A stretch of 64,000 nucleotides of DNA, taken from the NCBI GenBank assembly GCA_002269645.1, contig NIVC01001791.1, forward strand, positions 1 to 64,000. The letters run 5' to 3'. Positions 36,187 to 58,000 of the stretch are shown here, one piece after another. The notes beneath the pieces were generated by a model that saw only the letters and a list, made by a program, of their open reading frames with translations, made no database searches and had not been told where the DNA came from. The translations under genes were made by a program, and so were the position numbers. Numbering within the stretch: the first letter of the stretch is position 1; every line of letters begins with the position of its first letter. Source of the stretch: Macrostomum lignano (taxonomy: Eukaryota).

Positions 36187-38916
36187 TTAGAGGCACACGC
36201 AGGCCAGCTTCCGTCTCCGTCTGTAACCAATGCTTTCAGCTTCATCAGTAAAAGCTTCAGCCGATGACTGCAGCCGCTGCTGCGCTTTCTGCTGTCTGAG
36301 TTTGACCGCAGCAGTCTGGGAGCGGTCTTCTTGAAGCGGCAGTCTGCTTCTCATGATGGCCAGTGTCAGGTCAACGAACGCTTTCTGCACGTTGACCACG
36401 TTCAGAGCCGAGGTCTCAATGTAGGGCACGCCGAGCTGATTGGCATAGCGTTGAGCCTCTCTGTGAGACACCAGCCTCCTGTACTCTTCATCTGCCTTGT
36501 TGCCAACCAGGCAGCATTCGAACTCGCCACCTTCGCCGGTTGCGCCACTGCCGCCGATGCTGGCTCTGGCGCGGTCCAACCAGCGAGGCAGCGATTCGAA
36601 CGAAGCGAGATCGGTGACTGAGAACACGAGCATGACGCCGTGAGCGTTCCGGTAGAAGTTCGATGCCAAGTTCATTGCTTCGAAACGCTCCTGGAGTATT
36701 GATTAGCCTTGATTGAAGTATCAGATGATTGATTGCTTGTGTCAGATGGTTGACTGATGTGTCAGATGGTTGATTGATGTGTCAGATGGTTGACTGATGT
36801 GTCAGATGGTTGACTGATGTGTCAGATGGTTGGTTGATGTGTCAGATGGTTGGTTGATGTGTCAGATGGTTGGTTTGATGTGTCAGATGGTTGGTTTGAT
36901 GTGTCAGATGGTTGATTGATGTGTCAGATGGTTGGTTGATGTGTCAGATGGTTGGTTTGATGTGTCAGATGGTTGGTTGATGTGTCAGATGGTTGATTGA
37001 TGTGTCAGATGGTTGGTTGATGTGTCAGATGGTTGATTGCTTGTGTCAGATGGTTTATTGATGTGACAGATGGTTGATTGATGTGCCAGATGGTTGGTTG
37101 ATGTGTCAGATGGTTGATTGATGTGTCAGATGGTTGATTGATGTGTCAGATGGTTTATTGATGTGTCAGATGGTTGATTGCTTGTGTCAGATGGTTTATT
37201 GATGTGACAGATGGTTTATTGATGTGCCAGATGGTTGGTTGATGTGTCAGATGGTTGATTGATGTGCCAGATGGTTTATTGATGTGTCAGATGGTTGATT
37301 GATGTGTCAGATGGTTGATTGATGTGACAGATGGTTGGTTGATGTGTCAGATGGTTGATTGATGTGTCAGATGGTTCATTGATGTGTCGGATGGTTTATT
37401 GATGTGTCAGATGGTTGATTGCTTGTGTCAGATGGTTTATTGATGTGACAGATGGTTTATTGATGTGCCAGATGGTTGGTTGATGTGTCAGATGGTTGAT
37501 TGATGTGCCAGATGGTTTATTGATGTGTCAGATGGTTGATTGATGTGTCAGATGGTTGATTGATGTGCCAGATGGTTGGTTGATGTGTCAGATGGTTGAT
37601 TGATGTGTCAGATGGTTCATTGATGTGTCAGATGGTTTATTGATGTGTCAGATGGTTGATTGCTTGTGTCAGATGGTTTATTGATGTGACAGATGGTTTA
37701 TTGATGTGCCAGATGGTTGGTTGATGTGTCAGATGGTTGATTGATGTGCCAGATGGTTTATTGATGTGTCAGATGGTTGATTGATGTGTCAGATGGTTGA
37801 TTGATGTGCCAGATGGTTGGTTGATGTGTCAGATGGTTGATTGATGTGCCAGATGGTTTATTGATGTGACAGATGGTTGATTGATGTGTCAGATGGTTGA
37901 TTGATGTGCCAGATGGTTTATTGATGTGTCAGATGGTTGATTGACGTGTCAGATGGTTGATTGACGTGTCAGATGGTTGATTGATGTGTCAGATTGTTGA
38001 TGACGAGTCAGAAATTTTTATAAATGAATGATATAACTAACGTTTTAGATAGTCTAGCTGCTCTAGCATGTCCAACATAAATGAGCATTTCAGGTACAGT
38101 TGAGCATGTCAGTCAGTGTTGAGCATGCCAGACACAGTTGAGCATGCCAGACACAGTTGAGCATGCCAGACACAGTTGAGCATGCCAGACACAGTTGAGC
38201 ATGCCAGACACAGTTGAGCATGCCAGACACAGTTGAGCATGCCAGACACAGTTGAGCATGCCAGACACAGTTGAGCATGCCAGACACAGTTGAGCATGCC
38301 AGACACAGTTGAGCATGCCAGACACAGTTGAGCATGCCAGACACAGTTGAGCATGCCAGACACAGTTGAGCATGCCAGACACAGTTGAGCATGCCAGACA
38401 CAGCTGAGCATGCCAGACACAGTTGAGCATGCCAGACACAGTTGAGCATGCCAGACACAGCTGAGCATGCCAGACACAGCTGAGCATGCCAGACACAGCT
38501 GAGCATGCCAGACACAGCTGAGCATGCCAGACACAGTTGAGCATGCCAGACACAGCTGAGCATGACAGACACAGTTGAGCAAGGCTCACCATTCCGCCAG
38601 TGTCCCACATCCTGAGCTGCACGGTTCTGCCTCCCAGCCTGAGCATGCAGTGAAAGAAGTCGCACAGAATCGTCAGCTGCATCTGTCCAATGTCGGCAGT
38701 TTCTTCAAGAAATTTGCTCAACAAACTGCTCTTGCCAACTCCGCTACTGCCTATCAGAATGATTTTTAGTTTGAGCTCGGCGCGGGCTTCTAATCTGCGT
38801 TCAACAAAGACCAGGGCTGCTCTCTTCTTTTTAACTTCGTCTTTTTCTTTTCGACGAGTTTGCTTGTCGGAAGCGACGGCTAGCGGGTCAAGGGTCGATT
38901 TTTGCTGCTGTGACAT
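36187..38916 (-). CDS. Atypical Rab-family small GTPase, 2 exons, 276 aa
   Basis: Exons 38590-38916 and 36187-36690 join at phase 0 (ATG|GTGAGC ... CTCCAG|GAG). G1 GSSGVGKS, G3 WDTGGMERF, FYRNAHG, G4 NKAD, G5 ETSA, C-terminus RRRRKLACVCL. Confidence 0.88.
36725..37995. repeat. 20-bp minisatellite in the Rab intron
   Basis: Unit GATGTGTCAGATGGTTGATT, with variants. Confidence 0.95.
38100..38580. repeat. 19-bp minisatellite in the Rab intron, starting close to the donor site
   Basis: Unit GAGCATGCCAGACACAGTT. Confidence 0.95.
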
Positions 38917-39083
38917 TTCTGGAAGCCACAGTTCTCAGTGCGAGAGAGAGGACCTACATGTATTTATAGTGCAATCATGGAGCTTTAGACTTCTTGTCTG
39001 GACTGACTAACTGTTAAGGTGGCCTTCCTACAGTACTTCATCGCCTCTCATTGGAATGGTCTGTCTCTACCGTACTGCTACTG

Positions 39084-40388
<1,305 letters not shown>

Positions 40389-40914
40389 CTACTACTACTG
40401 CTGCTGCTGCTACTGCTACTGCTACTAATATTATTATTATTAATTACATGTATATTCTACTTATTAATCTTATTGCTATTATTATTACATGTACTACTAC
40501 TGCAGAAACTAGATAATACTAAAAAGATTTAGTCTGTCAGTTTTCATTCCCAGATTGTTAGAATTCTGAAACTCCATGGCACAAGCTTGATCCTGCTACA
40601 AGCTGCAGACTGTTATTGACTACACTGAGTTACCTGTCACCTGAGGGCTCATGTTCGCTGTCTAAAAAGTTGATTGACTTGCTAATGAGAATTTTGCGAA
40701 AGGCAACACAATTAAAGACTTGGAGGCAGGCTAATTAATTCAGAAATTTTCCAGATAGGATTCACTAATGCAGTTTTATGCAGGCAAAAGTGTCAATTTC
40801 TTTTGTTGCAAACTAAATTTGAAGATTACCATTTTTGTGCTAACTTTTTCTGTTTTCTCTCGCTTGTGTCTTATTGCGCACTTTGGTTTCACTACGGCCA
40901 GCAGCTCCATCTGC

Positions 40915-41515
40915 TCTCTCCGTGATGCTCTTCTTTATCAATATTCCTCTCCTCTTCTCTCCTCTCTCTGCCACCCTCTCTCCGCCACCCCCTCTCTCCG
41001 CCACCCCCTCTCTCCGCCACCCCCTCACTCCGCCACCCTCTCTCTCCGCCACCCCCTCACTCCGCCACCCCTCTCTCCGCCACCCCCTCTCTCCGCCAAC
41101 CCTCTCTCCGCCACCCCCTCTCTCCGCCACCCCCTCTCTCCGCCACCCTCTCTCTCCGCCACCCCCTCTCTCCGCCAACCCTCACTCCGCCACACCCTCT
41201 CTCCGCCACCCCCTCTCTCCGCCATCCCTTCTGTCCGCCACCCCCCCTCTCTCCGGTACCCCCTCTCTCTGCCACCCCCTCTCTCCGCCATCCTCTCTCT
41301 CCGCCACACCCTCTCTCCGCCACCCCTCTCTCCGCCACCCCCTCTCTCCGCCACACCCTCTCTCCACCATCCCTTCTGTCCGCCACCCCCCTCTCTCCGG
41401 TACCCCTCTCTCCGTCACCCCCTCTCTCCGCCACACCCTCTCTCCGCCACCCCCTCTCTCCACCACCCCCTCTCTCCGCCACACCCTCTCTCCGCCACCC
41501 CGTCTCTCCACCTTC
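40915..41515. repeat. C-rich ~16-20-bp degenerate minisatellite (CTCTCTCCGCCACCCC)
   Basis: Seen directly in the sequence. Confidence 0.9.
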
Positions 41516-41913
41516 CCAAACTCCGACACTCCCTTTCTCTGCAACCCTCCATTTTCAGAATTTGGCTCAGTACTTTCTTTACTACATGTATAAGCGTAAA
41601 AAAATTATGTACTACGCTCATAGATTCTCGCACTTGTACTTGAGAGTAAATTAAATTACCCCTCAAGTATTGCCTCCTTAATTATCAGATGTTATGCACT
41701 GTTGCCCACTTGTCACCCAGCCAATTCGCATTGTACCGTTCATACGCCCGTATAACTGGGCTTCTATAAATTGACGGCCACTCAATTATTAACGCTTGGC
41801 AACGGCCTGGCAACAACTATCCACAGTTTGTACCACAGTTTTCTATAAAACTCTTGATTTAGTAGTTTGTCAGTGGGAATTATCTGATTCTAATTCTTAA
41901 CGTTTTTCTAGAT

Positions 41914-43702
41914 CATCTAGCACTCTAGATACTTTGCATCTAGCACTCTAGATACTTTACATCTAGCACTCTAGATACTTTACATCTAGCACTCTAGATA
42001 CTTTACATCTAGCACTCTAGATACTTTACATCTAGCAATCTAGATACTTTACATCTAGCACTCTAGATACTTTACATCTAGCACTCTAGATACTCTACAT
42101 CTAGCACTCTAGATACTCTACATCTAGCACTCTAGATACTTTACATCTAGCACTCTAGATACTTTACATCTAGCACTCTAGATACTCTATTTCTAGCACT
42201 CTAGATACTCTACATCTAGCAATCTAGATACTTTACATCTAGCACTCTAGATACTCTACATCTAGCAATCTAGATACTTTACATCTAGCACTCTAGATAC
42301 TTTACATCTAGCACTCTAGATACTTTACATCTAGCACTCTAGATACTTTACATCTAGCACTCTAGATACTTTACATCTAGCACTCTAGATACTCTATTTC
42401 TAGCACTCTAGATACTCTACATCTAGCAATCTAGATACTTTACATCTAGCACTCTAGATACTCTACATCTAGCACTCTAGATACTTTACATCTAGCACTC
42501 TAGATACTTTACATCTAGCACTCTAGATACTTTACATCTAGCACTCTAGATACTTTACATCTAGCACTCTAGATACTTTACATCTAGCACTCTAGATACT
42601 TTACATCTAGCACTCTAGATACTCTTCATCTAGCACTCTAGATACTCTTCATCTAGCACTCTAGATACTCTTCATCTAGCACTCTAGATACTCTACATCT
42701 AGCACTCTAGATACTTTACATCTAGCACTCTAGATACTTTACATCTAGCACTCTAGATATTTTACATCTAGCACTCTAGATACTCTACATCTAGCACTCT
42801 AGATACTTTACATCTAGCACTCTAGATACTTTACATCTAGCACTCTAGATACTCTATTTCTAGCACTCTAGATACTCTTCATCTAGCACTCTAGATACTC
42901 TTCATCTAGCACTCTAGATACTCTACATCTAGCACTCTAGATACTTTACATCTAGCACTCTAGATACTCTTCATCTAGCACTCTAGATACTCTTCATCTA
43001 GCACTCTAGATACTCTACATCTAGCACTCTAGATACTTTACATCTAGCACTCTAGATACTTTACATCTAGCACTCTAGATACTTTACATCTAGCAATCTA
43101 GATACTTTACATCTAGCACTCTAGATACTTTACATCTAGCACTCTAGATACTTTACATCTAGCACTCTAGATACTTTACATCTAGCACTCTAGATACTTT
43201 ACATCTAGCACTCTAGATACTTTACATCTAGCACTCTAGATATTTTACATCTAGCACTCTAGATACTTTACATCTAGCACTCTAGATACTTTACATCTAG
43301 CACTCTAGATACTTTACATCTAGCACTCTAGATACTTTACATCTAGCACTCTAGATACTCTTCATCTAGCACTCTAGATACTCTTCATCTAGCACTCTAG
43401 ATACTTTACATCTAGCACTCTAGATACTCTATTTCTAGCACTCTAGATACTCTACATCTAGCACTCTAGATACTTTACATCTAGCACTCTAGATACTTTA
43501 CATCTAGCACTCTAGATACTTTACATCTAGCACTCTAGATACTTTACATCTAGCACTCTAGATACTTTACATCTAGCACTCTAGATACTTTACATCTAGC
43601 ACTCTAGATACTTTACATCTAGCACTCTAGATACTTTACATCTAGCACTCTAGATACTTTACATCTAGCACTCTAGATACTCTATTTCTAGCACTCTAGA
43701 TA
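41914..43702. repeat. 23-bp minisatellite with internal inverted arms (~78 copies)
   Basis: Unit CATCTAGCACTCTAGATACTTTA; ATCTAG and CTAGAT are reverse complements. Confidence 0.95.
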
Positions 43703-44221
43703 CAGAAAAGGGGTCAGGATGGGCCGTTGTGAACAGGAGCAAGCAGGCAGTGAGCACTATAGGGGGTAAAAGTTCCTGCGCTCAAATCAGAGTATTTCTG
43801 TCCTACTAATGACCCAATCCTGAGTACACAATCCAATCCCTGTCCCGCGCACCTGACCCTTATCTACCAAGCCCTCTCTCTCTCTAATCCCCACAGGGCA
43901 GAGAAATGGGAATGGACGAACGAATCCTGGGATCACACACTTCTCTACTTCCTTTCCTGTCTCGAAAATTACCTCTCATTCCCTTCCTCTGTGTGTCTCT
44001 CTCTCTCGATCTCTCCGCCCATAAGTTTCCATGGTAACCATAATATGCACACACCTGAGCCCAGCTAGGGATCGGTCAAAAGGAGACGCAGGGAAGCGCA
44101 GACAAGCTAGCAAAGAAGTCCTGTTCATTAGCATTGACTAGCGGCTAACTATTTGTGCAATATTTTCTCTGTTTGAAAAATTAGATTATCCGTAACAAAA
44201 CATATAGAAAAACTACTGAAA

Positions 44222-51486
<7,265 letters not shown>

Positions 51487-51569
51487 GCTACAGATTACTG
51501 TAGACTTGAGCAGACTATAAGCAGACTTTTTGAGACAAGATATGAATTTGAAGTTTTTATTAAAGGATC

Positions 51570-52545
51570 GCACTGGGGGGGGCGGGGTAGCGGTGCCCAT
51601 CAAAAGAACAGGCGGGGGAGTAGCGGTGCCCATCAAAAGAACAGGCGGGGGAGTAGCGGTGCTCATCAAAGGAACTGGGGGGGGGTAGCGGTGCCCATTA
51701 AAAGAAACTGGGGGGAGTAGCGGTGCCCATAAAAAGAACTGGGGGGAGTAGCGGTGCCCATCAAAGGAACAGGCGGGGGAATAGGGAGTAGCGGTGCCCA
51801 TCAAAGGAACTGAGGGGGAGTAGCGGTGCCCATCAAAGGAACAGGCGGGGGAGTAGCGGTGCTCATCAAAGGAACTGGTGGAGTAGCGGTGCCCATCAAA
51901 GGAACAGGCGGGGGAGTAGCGGTGCCCACCAAAGGAACAGGCGGGGGAGTAGCGGTGCCCATCAAAGGAACAGGCGGGGGAGTAGCGGTGCCCATCAAAG
52001 GAACTGAGGGGGAGTAGCGGTGCCCATCAAAGGAACTGAGGGGGAGTAGCGGTGCCCATCAAAGGAACAGGCGGGGGAGTAGCGGTGCCCATCAAAGGAA
52101 CTGGGGGGGGGGTAGCGGTGCCCACCAAAGGAACAGGCGGGGGAATAGCGGTGCCCATCAAAGGAACAGGCGGGGGAGTAGCGGTGCCCATCAAAGGAAC
52201 AGGCGGGGGAGTAGCGGTGCCCATCAAAGGAACAGGCGGGGGAATAGCGGTGCCCATCAAAGGAACAGGCGGGGGAGTAGCGGTGCCCATCCAAGGAACT
52301 GGGGGGGGGGGGGTAGCGGTGCCCATCAAAGGAACAGGCGGGTTAACAGCGATGCCCATCAAGGAACTGGGGGGGAGTAGCGGTGCCCATCAAAGGAACA
52401 GGCGGGGGAGCAGTGGTGTCCATCAAGGAACTGGGTGTAGTAGCGGTGCCCATCAAAGGAACAGGGGGAGTAGCGGTGCCTATTTAAGGAACAGGCGGGG
52501 GAGTAGCGGTGCCCATAAAAAGAACCCGGGGCGCAGTTGCGGTGC
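51570..52545. repeat. 33-bp G-rich minisatellite just downstream of the EML stop codon
   Basis: Unit GTAGCGGTGCCCATCAAAGGAACAGGCGGGGGA. Confidence 0.93.
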
Positions 52546-53314
52546 CCTTCAAAAGATAAACTTGATTTTTAATTAATTTTAAATAATTTTCTCTTTAAAA
52601 TAACTAAATATATCCATTTTTTATCGTCTGTTGAATGGTAAAATTCTATATTACTTTAAATGCTAACTTTAATTTAATCAACGCATAAAGACATGTGCAG
52701 TACGTTAATTCACCACAGCAATGTCCATGTTCTTATTATTTTTATTAAGCATAACTATAACCTTCACAAGTTCCGGTTAGTTCCCACATTGCAACAAAAA
52801 CTGATTAATATTTTTTGGCTTACTTTGCGGTTTTTGATGATTTTGAGTTTTTTAAACACTTGAATTTAATTGCTTATCTTCTTTGGTATATTACGGCTTA
52901 GCTTAGAAGTCTTTTATCTTGCTACGTAATTTAATCACAGAAATGGCACTAAAACAAACATTTTAAAATTCAAACCTTATATTTTTTGCATCTATCGGGA
53001 ACTATATATTGCACGGACGCCTATATTTCCATATACAAAAAAACTTATATAAAAATATTGACAGCTAATAGTAATAATCTTTCGCTTTTAAAAGCATCCT
53101 ATCCGTCCAAATATTATTTTACCCTTATATTAATATACCAACCATGTACTACTAATTGTATATGCTTTTTTGGCCCGTTTCTAACTTCTTTATCTTTCGA
53201 AAAAACAAGGCGCCTTGTTAACTCAAATTTTTGAAGTAGTTATTCTACGACTAATACGCAAAGGACCATTGCGTGGACCGTTATCATGTCATGATTTGGT
53301 ATCGATTGGATAGC

Positions 53315-53386
53315 GGCTCAGTGGTCTAGGGGTATGATACTCGCTTAGGGTGCGAGTGGTCCCGGGTTCAAATCCCGGCTGAGCCC
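53315..53386 (+). tRNA. tRNA-Pro (anticodon AGG)
   Basis: 72 nt. Acceptor stem GGCTCAG/CTGAGCC, anticodon arm CTCGC-TTAGGGT-GCGAG, T arm CCGGG-TTCAAAT-CCCGG, and a T7 Pol III terminator at ~53390. Differences from the recalled vertebrate tRNA-Pro are compensatory. Confidence 0.96.
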
Positions 53387-54566
53387 AAATTTTTTTACTT
53401 AACAATTTTTGCATGGCATCGCAGTGGATTTCACCTTTGTCAGAAGACTAAGAAAGTCAGAAAGATTAAATAGTTAAGCATTAAAAATTAAAAATAGTTT
53501 ATTCTACACTATTTCAAAATTAAAAAATGTACTAAGCAAAAGAAGCTGATAAGAAGACTATTATTGGTGCCGATATGTATCGATTACCACAAACGCATTG
53601 AATTTCCATTTTGATGGCTGGAAAGCACAAAACTGTGGGCGGAGCTCTAGCTGTAAGTTCTGTGGCTGGAAGGGTGCGTAAAAGTGCAAAAAGGCTGGAA
53701 TTTGTTGCATTTGACAGGCTGTAGCATTGACGAAACTAATAAAGAAATAATTTTAGGGAAAAATTCTTTTTTTGCGAAAATGTAAGTAGCATCGAAAGCG
53801 TTTCAGTTGCAAAAATTACAAAAAATCGTTCTTTTTTGACAAAACATCTTTATAGGTAGGGGGTTCTTTAAAGATTTATTAAGCAAAGATCAGACTAATA
53901 TCATGCCACTGCTTTAATAGAATGCTGACTCAAATCAGTCACTTAAGATCTCTTTAAAAGATTGTACGCACAGCAAAAGGGGTACATGTTGACTCTGATA
54001 ATATTTTTAAAGCGACTTTATCTCATGGCGTTGTGCTTGAATGAAATCAACGAATTAGCAACGTTTTTTGTTTTACCGTACTTTTTAGTTGAAAAAGGTT
54101 CATTCTGGTACCGCGATAACATTTACGTGTAAACCATAGTGGGCATGCTCGTCCGTTGACCCGTAACCCAACGTACGACGATTTGATGCAATGTAAAATT
54201 AACTATAAAGCAACGAACGTAGACTGAGCACATCGATCTATCTAAAATGCATTTTTTCTGTCAAGGAAGGTCATTTCTTGCAGAATATTTGACAGTGCAT
54301 CACGAGTTTTTGTACGTTGGACGCTGCTTATTGTGACAAATAAGCAAGCTAAAATTGTACTTAAATGACACTCCAATGTTTATAATGAGTAGCTATTATT
54401 GAATAGTGGAGTTTAGACACAATACTGTTGCAATATGCTTTGAGCCACGCGTGAAACACTGCCTGACTGCCTGTGGTGCCATTGCATATGGCGTCTCTAT
54501 ATTGTCTAGCATAGCTATATCTAATCTCCTCTCTTCTCTCCTTCTTTTTATCTCTGTTTGTTTCTT

Positions 54567-54569
<3 letters not shown>

Positions 54570-54648
<79 letters not shown>
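54570..54648. repeat. (TC)n microsatellite upstream of the aldehyde oxidase-like gene
   Basis: Seen directly in the sequence. Confidence 0.95.
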
Positions 54649-54649
<1 letters not shown>

Positions 54650-55003
54650 AACTATCTGCTCTTAAAGCTACTGAGAGGGTTCTCACACGCGCAGTTTGAC
54701 AAGCAATCTGCAACAAATTTGACACAACAAACAACTGACTGCGCACAGTTTCTAAGCTATAGAAGAGCCTCTGTATTGTGGGTGAAGAGTTTGTATAGCA
54801 ACCATTGAACCCTGGGCCGAGTTGAAGCCAGACCTATTTTGAAGGGTTTTTCGTTCCAATTCTCTGGCAGAGAGGGGTCTGAATAAATACTCAACGCAAA
54901 CCGTTGGCAAGAGACTTTAGCCTGTGTGCGCAAGGTTTGATCCGATACTGTTAGGACTTAAAACCAGCAAGTGCAAGTCGCGATGTATTCTGGTGGCATC
55001 AAT

Positions 55004-58000
55004 ATGTCCAGCGGAGATCCGGTTATCTACGTGAATGGCAATCCTTTGGAGAGTAAGTTTAACTTAACGATTTTCTCACAAAGCTTTTTAATGCTGAAAA
55101 TTGATAAGATACGTTGATCCGAAACTATCTGTGATTTAGTTCCCAAGGACTGCAACCCTGAGACCAGTCTCAACGATTTCCTTCGCGATGTGCTCAATCT
55201 GAAGGGCACGAAAGTGCTGTGCAGGGAAGGCGGATGCGGATGCTGCGTTGTCACGGCCACCTACAAGCACCCGGCTACAGAAGAGGTCGTGTCAGTGCCT
55301 GTCAACTCGGTGAGTCTCCATTTGCTTCGTGATTACGACCTACTTATAAGGATGCAATTCAATACGTCAGCTCCGATGTCATGACGCGACTCGTGTGATC
55401 GGTTGCAGTGCTTGTGTCCGGTGTACTCGGCCGTGGGCTGGCACGTCACCACCATCGAGGGCATCGGAGGCAGCGGCAAGCCGTACCACCCGATCCAGGA
55501 GAGACTCGCTGAGCACTATGGCACCCAATGCGGCTTCTGCTCTCCCGGATTCGTCATGAGCATGTACAGCCAGCTGCAGGAGAACCCGAAGCCGACGATG
55601 CAGCAGGTCGAGCACTTCTTTGATGGAAACATTTGCCGCTGCACCGGCTATCGGTCCATTCTTGACGGCATGAAGTCGTTTGCGTGCGACTCGAACAACG
55701 GCGCTTGCGTCGACATCGAGGTGAGTCTGAGGTTTACACCTACATGCATGTTGTCGGGCGCACAATCATTAGTCCCTTTCAACATCCCCTTCAAAACACA
55801 ACATCAACTCCATTGCTCAGGAAATGAACAAGAGCCTGTGCGCTGAAGGCATCGCGAAGCCACCTACATCCGGTGTGATTCCGATCGCTCGCGGCTGGAA
55901 GGGACAGCGCTTCTACAATCCTGGAAGCTTGGACCAACTGCTCAAGCTGCTCAAGCGGTACAAGGACGATGAGTACCAGCTCGTGTGCGGAAACACTTCT
56001 GCCGGAGTGTTCAAGGAAGACGTGCTCGTCAACTGCTACATCAACGTTCGCAACGTTCCAGAGCTGCACAACATCAGGGTGAGTGATAGATGTTACAGCA
56101 AGAATTTATCAGATGGATTGTACGCTCGTAGTCCAAGCTAAGTAACACTTCGCGTTGATTTCAGCTGAGCAAGTCGGGTCTGGAGATCGGTTCTACCGTC
56201 ACTCTTCGCGAGCTTATTGAAATATTCAAGGAGGCCGCCGAGAAGGTGCCCGGTTTGGCTCACCTCGACAGAATCAGCGACCACTACCAGCAGGTAGCCA
56301 ATCAGGCCGTTCGCGCGAACGCGTCGTGGGCCGGAAACCTCATGATGAAGCACCGACACCAGGACTTTCCGTCGGACGTGTTCATCACACTGGAGGCGGC
56401 AAAGACCGTGATCAAGGTGGCGGATGAGCAGGGTACTCAGGATCACGTGCTGACTGACTTTCTGAGGATGGACATGCGCGGGAAGGTGATCGTGTCGGCC
56501 AAGCTGCCGGCGATCTCGACAGACCAGCACTTCTACAGGTCGTTCAAGATCACGCCGCGTCAGCTCGTGAGCTAAAAGTCAATCATGTATTTTTGACGGA
56601 ACAGCATGCGTACCAATAATACTTTACTACATTGAAATACCCACATGTTTCTCTTGCAGAACGCCCATGCCTACGTCAACGGAGCCTTTGAGCTTGCTGT
56701 TGACAAGAAAAAGGACTACACTGTGCTTGAGCGTCCAACCATTGTTATTGGTGGAATTTCTGACAAATTTGTAAGCACTGCAGCTGATTCTAAACTTATA
56801 GAACAGAAACAGAAGCAACAAAGTAGTTGACATGTAACCTTGTCTGTTGTAGAATCGAGCCACGAAGACAGAAAACTTTCTGTTGAACAAGAACCTTCTG
56901 GATGAAGAGGTTGTCGAATGTAAGTTTTAAACGAAAGGTTTTGTTGTTAAAATATTATCAGACATGAAAATCACAATTGCTTAACCCATACGCAAAAACT
57001 TTCAGCCGCGCTGAAGGTGCTCGAGTCGGAGGTGGTGCCGGTCGAGGAAGCTACCGCCTCCTCGCCGGAGCATCGTCGACAGCTGGCCGTGAACCTTCTC
57101 TACAAGACCATCTTGGACATCGGCAGCGACGCTGTGGAAGGCGCCGCTCGCTCGGGCGGTTCCGTCCTCACCCGACCTCTCCAGCGAGGCGAGCAGGACT
57201 TTGTCGAAGAGCTTCAGCCGGCACCGCTGGGCCAGTCGGTCAGGAAGCTCGAGTCCAAGGCGCAGACATCCGGCGAGGCCACCTACGTGAACGACTACCC
57301 AGCTCACGCGAATGAGCTATTTTTAGCTTTTGTCCGTGCTCCCGAGGCCGCCATCAAGGTCACAGGATTTGACACCGAAGAAGCCGAGGTATCCCAAATA
57401 AATGCTATGATATCTGATAATAAACGATCGTTTCTTCTTCGATATCCTTTTAACTTTAAGTCCTGGATTCTGTCTTTCAGAAAGTGCCAGGCTTCGAAGG
57501 TCTTCTGACTTTGAAAGATCTTGAAGGCAAATATACAAACAACTACGACCTGCCTATCTTCCCGGCTGAAGCGTGAGTATGATTTGGATTTTTCCGCAGT
57601 TTCTAGCACATCTATATCGATACTTTAAAGGCTTAATTATTTATTTTACTTCCGGACTTCAACAGGCAAACGGACGAGATCTTCCCATCGAATGTTGTTG
57701 GCTTCGCCGGTCAGCCGTTGGCCGCCGCCATGGCTAACACACAATGGGCCGCCGACCGAGCCGCCAGCCTGGTCGAGGTTCTATTCGAGGCCGGCGACGA
57801 GCCAATCGTGCATATCTCGGAGGCTCTGGCTAAGAAGTCGATTTACTTCCAGGACGCCCAGAAGAAATCGACGGAGGACCCAGACGCTGCGATGGCGAAG
57901 CAGGCGGTGCAGGTTGAAGGAGAGGTGCTGGCCGGTGAGCAGCTGCACTTCTTCATGGAGTCAATCACTGCTAGCGTTCGCCAGACGGAGGAAGGCTTTT

